DNA of 64,000 bases from an uncultured virus (IMG/VR IMGVR_UViG_3300045115_000228). Lineage: Duplodnaviria > Heunggongvirae > Uroviricota > Caudoviricetes. Made by a program: the position numbers and the translations under genes. Of this stretch, positions 44,931 through 51,755 are shown piece by piece. Within the stretch, counting starts at the first letter, position 1; each line of letters starts with the position of its first letter. Where the stretch lies: IMG/VR virus record IMGVR_UViG_3300045115_000228. One strand, given 5' to 3'. Under the pieces are notes generated by a model that was not told the origin of the DNA, searched no databases, and was given only the letters and a program-made list of their open reading frames with translations.

Positions 44931-46096
44931 CGCTTGCCTCCTTGGGTTGCGGACAGCTCGGAAAGGCGCTCCTCGATGGCGTCGACGGTGTTCTCCCACG
45001 TCATGGACGTCCTGACCTTGCCCGCCAGAACGGCGGCGCGCCTTGCCGCCTCGCCCCTGTCCTCATAGGCCCTGCGCATCAGGCTCCCGAGCGCCCTCAC
45101 CGACTGGCCGCCGAACACGGGGAAGAACTGGTTCTCGTAGAACACGCACCACCGCCCCACGCTGGACGGCCTGCCGTCCCTCGGGTTGGCCTTCTCGTAC
45201 CCCTCGGGTTCGAGGAGGAACGAGTTCGAGTCGTCGAGGTACGTCGCCTGCGCCGTGCAGCGCGTCGCGATGACGGGAAGGCCGCATGACGCCGCCTCGA
45301 CGATGGGCAGCGAGAAGCCCTCCCCGCGCGACGCCAGGACGAAGGCGTCGCAGGCGTTGTACAGCGAGGCGAGCTCGCGATCGGTCGTGGCGGCACTGTG
45401 GAGGACGACGGGAGGCCTGTCGGTCTTGCCGGTCGCCCTGACGATGCCGCGTATCTCGTCGGCGATCCTCGACGACGGCCTGCCGTCATGCGCGCGGCTT
45501 GAGATGACCAGGCTGACGTCGTCCTTGGACGAGAACTCCGTGACGAACGCCCTGATCAGGATGTCGAACCCCTTGCGAGGCCCCCACCACGACACGCTGA
45601 GGAACCTGTAGCCCCTGGCGTCCCTCGGCAACGCCATCCTTCCGGAGCCGGGGCCGAACACCTCGGGATCGACCCCGAGGGGGATCACGCGGACGGGCGA
45701 CGCCACGCCCGCCTCGTACATCAGGTCGCTCATGTGGGTGGTCGGGACCCAGACCTCGCTCGCGAGGTTCATCCTCTCTGCATAGTCCTTGTGGAGCCCC
45801 CTCGACGTCTCCATCATCGTGAACAGGATGCGTGGCCCGTCGTTGCCGATGACCGGGGGCACGGTCATGCTGTAGACCATGGGGGTCTTGGGAGGGACCG
45901 GCGTCTTGGACAGGCGCCTTATGGCCTCGCGGGTCCTCTCGTCGACCTCGACCTTGGTCTCGCACACGTCGGCCCTGACGGCGACCCCTCGCCTCGACAG
46001 GCGCAGGGCTATCTCGCGGTTGGTCTTGGAGAACCCGCTGTGCGACAGGTATGGCCCGCACAGTATGACGGAAAGGCCGCTTGTGACGCCGCTCAT
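44927..46096 (-). CDS. GT-B (GT4) glycosyltransferase
   Basis: IPLGVD, RKGFDIL, FVLASRGEGFSLPIVEAASCG. Confidence 0.9.
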   Translation of the reverse strand: MSGVTSGLSVILCGPYLSHSGFSKTNREIALRLSRRGVAVRADVCETKVEVDERTREAIRRLSKTPVPPKTPMVYSMTVPPVIGNDGPRILFTMMETSRGLHKDYAERMNLASEVWVPTTHMSDLMYEAGVASPVRVIPLGVDPEVFGPGSGRMALPRDARGYRFLSVSWWGPRKGFDILIRAFVTEFSSKDDVSLVISSRAHDGRPSSRIADEIRGIVRATGKTDRPPVVLHSAATTDRELASLYNACDAFVLASRGEGFSLPIVEAASCGLPVIATRCTAQATYLDDSNSFLLEPEGYEKANPRDGRPSSVGRWCVFYENQFFPVFGGQSVRALGSLMRRAYEDRGEAARRAAVLAGKVRTSMTWENTVDAIEERLSELSATQGGKR

Positions 46097-46128
46097 GTCC
46101 TTGGCTCCTCCATGGATCGAACCAAGGC

Positions 46129-46134
46129 ATTATA
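46129..46134 (-). promoter_or_regulatory. Sigma70-like -10 (TATAAT) of the GT4 gene
   Basis: Upstream of a GGAGGA RBS; coincides with the IS left junction. Confidence 0.55.
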
Positions 46135-46218
46135 CAGCGGGAAGACCCTGCCCATTCAGGGGTAGGGATGGGAGCGAGCCACTTGCCAACCGGGTTGCGA
46201 AAAAAGATGAAATCAGGC

Positions 46219-46244
46219 AGGAAGCGTGGCATGTTCTGATGAAT
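46219..46244 (+). promoter_or_regulatory. AGG-N19-GAAT promoter motif before tnpB
   Basis: Exact spacing; ATG 46253 is 8 nt downstream. Confidence 0.55.
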
Positions 46245-46252
46245 CAATGGAC

Positions 46253-47425
46253 ATGCTCAAGGCATACAAGCATAGGCTCTACCCGACGGACGATCAAAGG
46301 CAATCCCTCGTCCGCCAGTTCGGCTGCTCCAGGTTCGCCTGGAACTGGGCACTGGAGAGCAGGAACAAGGCCTATGCCGAGACGGGCAAGGCCCCGTCCG
46401 CCATCACCCTGACGAACCGGTTGCCTGACCTGAAGGCGGAACACGAATGGCTCAAGGAAGCCTATTCGCAGAGCCTGCAGGCTTCCATCAGGAACCTCGA
46501 CGTGGCCTTCACGCACTTCTTCCGGAGGTTCAAGGAGGGAGATAAGGAGAAGGGCTACCCGAGGTTCAAGTCCAGGCACGGCAGGCAATCCATGCAGTTC
46601 CCCCAAGGAGCCAAGCCAGACTTCGACAAGGGGCTTACCATTCTCCCCAAGATGGACGGCATCAGGACCGTCTTCGAGAGGAGATTCGGGGGGCAGGTCA
46701 AGACCGTCACCGTAAGCATGGAACCCACCGGCAAGTTCTTCGTGTCCTTCCTCGTGGAGGACGGGAAGGCATTGCCGAAGAAGGGACCCATCGATCCGTC
46801 CAAGGCGATCGGGATCGACCTTGGGCTGACCCATTTCCTGACCACCTCGGACGGAGAGAAGGTGGAGAACCCGAGGTTCCTCAGGAAGGACCACAAGAGG
46901 ATCAGGAAGCTTTCGAGAAGAGTGTCGAGGAAAACAAAGGGAGGAAGGAACAGGGACAAGGCTCGCAAAAGACTGGCCTTGGTTCACGAGAAGGCACGGA
47001 ACAGGAGAAGGGACTTCCTGCACAAGCTGAGCACGAGGCTCATCCGCGAGAACCAAGCGGTGTGCGTGGAGGACCTGTTCGTCAAGGGCATGCTGGGGAA
47101 CCGCCGATTGACCCGTTCCGTCTCGGACGTCGCCTGGGGCGAGTTCGTCGGTATGCTGAAGTACAAGTCGGAATGGCAAGGCAAGCACCTTCTGGAGATC
47201 GGGAGGTTCGATCCGAGCTCCAGGATGTGCTCGTCCTGCGGGGCGATCAACTCCGGATTGACCCTGAAGGACAGGTTCTGGGAATGCCCATCCTGCCATG
47301 CCAAGCACGACAGGGACTGGAATGCCGCACGGAACGTGCGGACGTTCGCCCTGACTCGAAGGAACTTGATCGGGAAGGTACCGGCGGACTGCCGGGAACT
47401 CACGCCTGCGGAGATCGTCCGGTAG
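46253..47425 (+). CDS. tnpB: RNA-guided endonuclease TnpB
   Basis: MLKAYKHRLYP HTH; RuvC GIDLG, VEDL, DRDWNAA intact; CSSC/CPSC zinc finger. Confidence 0.95.
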   Translation: MLKAYKHRLYPTDDQRQSLVRQFGCSRFAWNWALESRNKAYAETGKAPSAITLTNRLPDLKAEHEWLKEAYSQSLQASIRNLDVAFTHFFRRFKEGDKEKGYPRFKSRHGRQSMQFPQGAKPDFDKGLTILPKMDGIRTVFERRFGGQVKTVTVSMEPTGKFFVSFLVEDGKALPKKGPIDPSKAIGIDLGLTHFLTTSDGEKVENPRFLRKDHKRIRKLSRRVSRKTKGGRNRDKARKRLALVHEKARNRRRDFLHKLSTRLIRENQAVCVEDLFVKGMLGNRRLTRSVSDVAWGEFVGMLKYKSEWQGKHLLEIGRFDPSSRMCSSCGAINSGLTLKDRFWECPSCHAKHDRDWNAARNVRTFALTRRNLIGKVPADCRELTPAEIVR

Positions 47426-47485
47426 GACGGTCGCTGAAGCAGGAAACACATCCTGAAGGGGGATTGTGAGGAAGTCATACAGCGG

Positions 47486-48109
47486 TCACTTCACCCTGAC
47501 GGCGACCCCGGACTTCCACCCCTCGTATGGCCTTGACAGGTCGACGACCTTGGCGAGCTTGTGCTTGTGCCACATGCGCTCCAGCTTGTCCTTGACCCAC
47601 GGCCAGGACTCCTCCCCTGTCTGCATCACCACCTCGCCCCGCTCCCTGTTGATCAGGGCCCTGACGCCGCCCCTCGCCAGGATCAGGCCGACGATCTCCT
47701 CGACCCCGCCGGACGCCAGGAGTTGCTCGAAGACGAGAGGGTTGATGTCGAGGAGCGAGCACACCAGTATGCGGTTGTCCTTGGCGGCCTGGAAGTGGTT
47801 GTAGCCCGCCAGCAGGATGCCGCCCGGCATCAGCCAGTACGCGCCGTCGAGGTCGGCGGCGTCCGTGTTCCTCGACTCGAACTCCGGCTCGCCGCCGGAC
47901 ATGCCTTCCCACAGGTGCCTGACGCTGTGGTACAGGGCGTCGCGCTGCGGGTCGTCCATGTCGTGGATGACGCGGCTCCTCGACGGCAGGGCATCGACGA
48001 GCCTGGCCTCGTCAGGACCGAACGACTCCGAGTGGTCAGACCGGAAGACCCTGATCGCGTCCACCATGGCAGCCAGGGCCTCTGGGCATGGGGTGTCGTT
48101 GCCTGCCAT
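47486..48109 (-). CDS. Hypothetical protein
   Basis: 207 aa, GGAGG RBS. Confidence 0.75.
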   Translation of the reverse strand: MAGNDTPCPEALAAMVDAIRVFRSDHSESFGPDEARLVDALPSRSRVIHDMDDPQRDALYHSVRHLWEGMSGGEPEFESRNTDAADLDGAYWLMPGGILLAGYNHFQAAKDNRILVCSLLDINPLVFEQLLASGGVEEIVGLILARGGVRALINRERGEVVMQTGEESWPWVKDKLERMWHKHKLAKVVDLSRPYEGWKSGVAVRVK

Positions 48110-48110
48110 T

Positions 48111-48530
48111 TCATGCCTCCTTCGAGTAGCCGAAGAACCACTTCAGCACGAAGCACGCGCAGTCGATGGGCTTGTCCTGCGCCACGGCCATGAGGGCGAC
48201 GTATTTGGACTCCGTCGCGGAGCGCATCCCCACTTCCTCCACGTTGGCCGCCCCGTCGTCGCCCGCCACGCCGGCGAATGTCCTCGTCGGCTCCTCGACG
48301 TCGGCGAGGGAGTCGAAGACGTCGAACATCAGGATGCCGGACGGGCCGCCGTCGAAACTGCAGGAAGCCACGCCGACGCCCAGCTCGCCGACGGACTGGA
48401 ACCCGTCGAATTTGGCGTCGACGACCACCACCTGGCTTCGCGACGAGGGTGGCACTGTGCCGAACGAGACCGACGCGACGGGCGTGGTCTCTGCCCCGGA
48501 CGCGATCCTTGTCGTGACGGACGGTGTCAT
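48111..48530 (-). CDS. Hypothetical protein (MTPSVTTRIAS...)
   Basis: ATG 48530 after GGAGG; ATGA overlap. Confidence 0.7.
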   Translation of the reverse strand: MTPSVTTRIASGAETTPVASVSFGTVPPSSRSQVVVVDAKFDGFQSVGELGVGVASCSFDGGPSGILMFDVFDSLADVEEPTRTFAGVAGDDGAANVEEVGMRSATESKYVALMAVAQDKPIDCACFVLKWFFGYSKEA

Positions 48531-48820
48531 GACACCTCCACCCTGATGTCGCCGTCCCCAGACGCGGTCAGCGACACCGTGGCGCCGAACGGCGTCTCGA
48601 ACCCGACTGTCCTGCTCTCCACGCTGACCGGGCCGCCGCCGATGCCGCACGACCCCGACTGTTTCTGGAAATACCTTGCCATGCCGCAAGGAAGCCGTAT
48701 GGTTCGTCCGCCGACGATCAAGGACAAGCCTACCACTCTGCCGCGGACGTCGCCCCACAGGACACCGTCCGACTGCCTGGCCACTGTCCCGTCCGACAAC
48801 TCGGCGACCCAGCCGCTCAA
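48527..48820 (-). CDS. Hypothetical protein
   Basis: Probable TTG start overlapping the upstream TGA (SGWVAELSDG...). Confidence 0.55.
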   Translation of the reverse strand: MSGWVAELSDGTVARQSDGVLWGDVRGRVVGLSLIVGGRTIRLPCGMARYFQKQSGSCGIGGGPVSVESRTVGFETPFGATVSLTASGDGDIRVEVS

Positions 48821-49071
48821 GCCCGCTTGACTTCCCTGCCGCCGCATTCGGGGCACCCTCCGCCCACGAAGGTCGCGTCGATGCCCCTGTATGAGCACCC
48901 GGCGCACTCGTACGTGTCGCCGACGATCGCCGACGCCTCGTCGGCCTGCTTCGACAGGCTCCATCCGAGGTCGACGGGGGCGTTCTTCCTGGCGGCCTTG
49001 GTCAGGGCCCTGCCGACCTCGGCGGCGGTGCCCACGAGGTACGCCTTTCCGCCCCTTCTGACGAGTCTCAT
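48817..49071 (-). CDS. Small protein with a zinc ribbon; N-terminus similar to 55786..56244
   Basis: MRLVRRGGKAYLVG..EV; CAGC..CPEC; internal SKQAD. Confidence 0.75.
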   Translation of the reverse strand: MRLVRRGGKAYLVGTAAEVGRALTKAARKNAPVDLGWSLSKQADEASAIVGDTYECAGCSYRGIDATFVGGGCPECGGREVKRA

Positions 49072-49478
49072 GTTTGCCTCCCGATGCTGAACCTTTTCTC
49101 GATCACGGCGTGGGCGTCCTTGACGAGCCTGTCGACGTTCGCTATCGCCTGGGACACCTTGTCCGCCATGGCCTTGAGCTCGCCGCCCCTGATTCCTTCG
49201 ATGTTCACGCCAGGCTTGCCGTCAAGCTCGGCCACGATTCCGGACACGGCATCGAAGTATGTCTTCGCCGTCCCGAGCGCCACGATGGCATCGTTCAGTT
49301 TCCTCTGTGAGACGATGTCCACGGCGAGCTGGCTCTTGGAGTCCGCCGACAGGCCATTCGAGCTCTGCATCCCTTCGAGTCGGCCGAGAGCCCGGTGGTA
49401 GTCGTCGAGCAGATCGGGCGTGACTTCGTGCTGGGCCTTCTTGGCGGATGTGGAGCCCGCGACTCTCGATATTCTCAT
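49068..49478 (-). CDS. Hypothetical helical protein, N-terminus MRISRVA
   Basis: ATG 49478 after AGGAGG; AKKAQ follows. Confidence 0.8.
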   Translation of the reverse strand: MRISRVAGSTSAKKAQHEVTPDLLDDYHRALGRLEGMQSSNGLSADSKSQLAVDIVSQRKLNDAIVALGTAKTYFDAVSGIVAELDGKPGVNIEGIRGGELKAMADKVSQAIANVDRLVKDAHAVIEKRFSIGRQT

Positions 49479-49500
49479 GCTGCTCCTCCTGCGTTGCCCC

Positions 49501-50301
49501 TCATTCTTCGCCAAAGATGCCTCCGTTCCCTTTCCCATGAGGGCTTTCGCCGACGCCGTGGCGCTCCGCCCCCAGGCGGGCCTCGGCCTTGGCGTGCCAC
49601 TCCTCGGTCATCTCGCACCCCAGCCAGCGTCTGCCGTTCGCCTTGGCGACCACGAGGGTCGTTCCGGTCCCCGCGAACGGATCGAACACGAGATCCCCGG
49701 GGTTGGAAGAGTACAGGACGAGCGGCTCGATGATCGCCTCGGGCTTCTGCGTCGGGTGGCCAAGGGACTCCTTGGACTGGTGCAGGTTCGGGCAGAACAT
49801 CACGCTGCGCGGCATCCGGAGTCCGTCGTCGACGTACGCCACGCGCCCCTTCATGTACTGGGTGGCGGCGTAGCCCTTGCCCGCCGCTATGGACTTGTCG
49901 CCCCTCGTGGTCTTGGGGACGCGGACGGCCGACAGGTTGAACGTGGACGAGCGGGAGCGCCTGAAGTGCCAGATGTTCTCGTGCACCTTGCGGAACGTCT
50001 TGACGGTGGCCCCTCCGCCGTTCTGCTTCTCCCACACGACTTCCTGGACGTACCTCCAGCCGGCGCCAACGGCGGCGGAGTAGACCTCCACGGCCCACGG
50101 CATCCTGACGAAGACCCATGCCTGCCCGGAATCCCCGCAGACCCTCGCCATCTGTTCCCAGAAGAACGACCAGTACGGTCTGTGGTCCCATGACATCGGG
50201 GTGCACCCGTATGGCGGGTCGGTCACGACGAGGGACACGGATCCGTCAGGGACGGACGGCACGTGGCGTTCCCACTTGCCGAAAAGGAGCGAGTTGTCCA
50301 T
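49501..50301 (-). CDS. N6A/N4C DNA methyltransferase (beta class)
   Basis: TDPPY ... HPTQKP ... DPFAGTGTT; TATAAT 5 nt before the ATG. Confidence 0.92.
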   Translation of the reverse strand: MDNSLLFGKWERHVPSVPDGSVSLVVTDPPYGCTPMSWDHRPYWSFFWEQMARVCGDSGQAWVFVRMPWAVEVYSAAVGAGWRYVQEVVWEKQNGGGATVKTFRKVHENIWHFRRSRSSTFNLSAVRVPKTTRGDKSIAAGKGYAATQYMKGRVAYVDDGLRMPRSVMFCPNLHQSKESLGHPTQKPEAIIEPLVLYSSNPGDLVFDPFAGTGTTLVVAKANGRRWLGCEMTEEWHAKAEARLGAERHGVGESPHGKGNGGIFGEE

Positions 50302-50317
50302 GCGGGATTATAGGCCG

Positions 50318-51213
50318 TCAGGACGGCCTTTGCCCAACGAAGGGGTATCGCAGCGGCCACTTCCCGCGCCGCCTCAGCCTGCCTATCCGGTGGACCTTGA
50401 AGTTGTGGTGCCTGAACACGTCGGACTTGTCGTGCTGGTACCAAGGGGGGCAGAACCTCCCCATGAAGTACGGCGGCATGTGGTTGTCGAGGAAGGCGTC
50501 GCACCCGATCCATCCGCCGTACGACTCGTCAAGCACCCAGCTCATGACGGCCTCGTCGTCAACCTGCCTGCTGGGGTGTTCCTTCATCATCCTCTCGGCC
50601 GTCTCGATGAGCCGCCTCACTATGGGCTTGCCGCGCAGGTAGATGTAGCAGCCAACCAGGCTCGTGAGGGAATCGCTCCCGTCGCGCCAGAAGATCGCGT
50701 CGTACCCCCGCGGTATCGGAACAGGGCCGTCTGGAGCACGGACTTCCTTCCGTGGGACTCCCAGAAGTCTTCTGGCAGAGGCTTCACGCGCTCGCAATCG
50801 ACGTCGAGGTACACCGCCTCGTCGTACTGCCCCATGGCGGCCTCGAAGGCGAGGAACTTGTGGACGAACATCGAGTATGGGTGGGAGTTGCACGACACCG
50901 TTGGGCGCCTGTCGAGGAGCACGGTCCGCAGGCCCATGTCGACCAGCCTGTCGTTGTTGTCCTTCCCGAAGACGAAGAACGGGATCCGCATCTCGTCGGG
51001 GTCGTTCCTGGCGCACAGCCAGGCCAGGTCGAGCCCCATGTCGAGGCCAAGCCTCTTGCCCGGGGCCTGCGGCGCGCCGAATGGCCTGCCGAACATGATC
51101 CTGAAGAAGCCCCTCTTGGACTTCGCGGGAGGGCTAGGAACGCGCAGCTCTTTCGGGATCGGAAGGCGAGCGTCGATGTGCGTCGGCGACCACAGCGCCC
51201 GATTGTTCCTCAT
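50318..51213 (-). pseudogene. GT-A glycosyltransferase paralog split by a frameshift at a G5 run
   Basis: MRNNRALW...YLDVDC...LFRYRG in one frame, YDAIFWR..GCYIYLRG..DDE in another; together they align with 17590..18390. One extra G at 50705..50709 restores the frame. Confidence 0.75.
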
Positions 51214-51245
51214 GTCGGCATTATACCATGCGGGCCGACCAGTGG

Positions 51246-51752
51246 TCAGCGGTCTTCCCACCCGTCCCAAGTCCACCGTCCCTCTCCCGTCGAGTCGGCG
51301 ACGAACTTGCCTCCCATCGTGCCGTCCTTGACGTAGTGGCTCCAGAAGTTCCAGATCGAGGTCCAGGCGATCCTCGCGGCGTTGTCGATGCGGTGGTTGC
51401 CGCCGCCGTCGGACATGGAGTACAGGCCCCACCCTTCCGGCAGGTCGCGTCTGGGGTCGAACCCGGGGAGCAGCTTGACCTCCCTCTTGTCGTACCCCTT
51501 CCTGGCGTTGTTGACCGAACCGCCGCCCCTCCTCCTGTCGACGGGGACCGGGATGGGGACGGCAAGCAGGCGCCGTTCCGCGGCGGCGTACTCGGACGGG
51601 CTGGGGCGCGTCTTGCCGAACCTCGCCATCTCGGCGAGGATGGCCTCGGACTGCGCCGGGGACAGGTTGACGGGGTGGTGGCTCGAAACCCATCCGATGG
51701 GGTCGTCATGGGCCTCCGCGGCGACCTGCTGGGCTATCCTGACGATCCTCAC
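51246..51752 (-). CDS. Hypothetical protein, N-terminus MRIVRIAQ; weak ParB-like GNHR motif
   Basis: GTG start; SDGGGNHR. Confidence 0.7.
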   Translation of the reverse strand: MRIVRIAQQVAAEAHDDPIGWVSSHHPVNLSPAQSEAILAEMARFGKTRPSPSEYAAAERRLLAVPIPVPVDRRRGGGSVNNARKGYDKREVKLLPGFDPRRDLPEGWGLYSMSDGGGNHRIDNAARIAWTSIWNFWSHYVKDGTMGGKFVADSTGEGRWTWDGWEDR

Positions 51753-51755
51753 ATG

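Larger units (their letters stand above)
46134..47478 (+). mobile_element. IS605/IS1341-like TnpB-only element
   Basis: Left hairpin ccctgccc-attca-ggggtaggg; tnpB; omegaRNA-like right end (acgcctgcggag...gaagcaggaa) ending GTCAT; left flank ends TTAT. No tnpA. Confidence 0.75.

Noticed and set aside
46253..47425. Cas12f or nuclease-dead TldR
   Set aside because: No CRISPR array; RuvC D/E/D residues intact; IS-like ends present.
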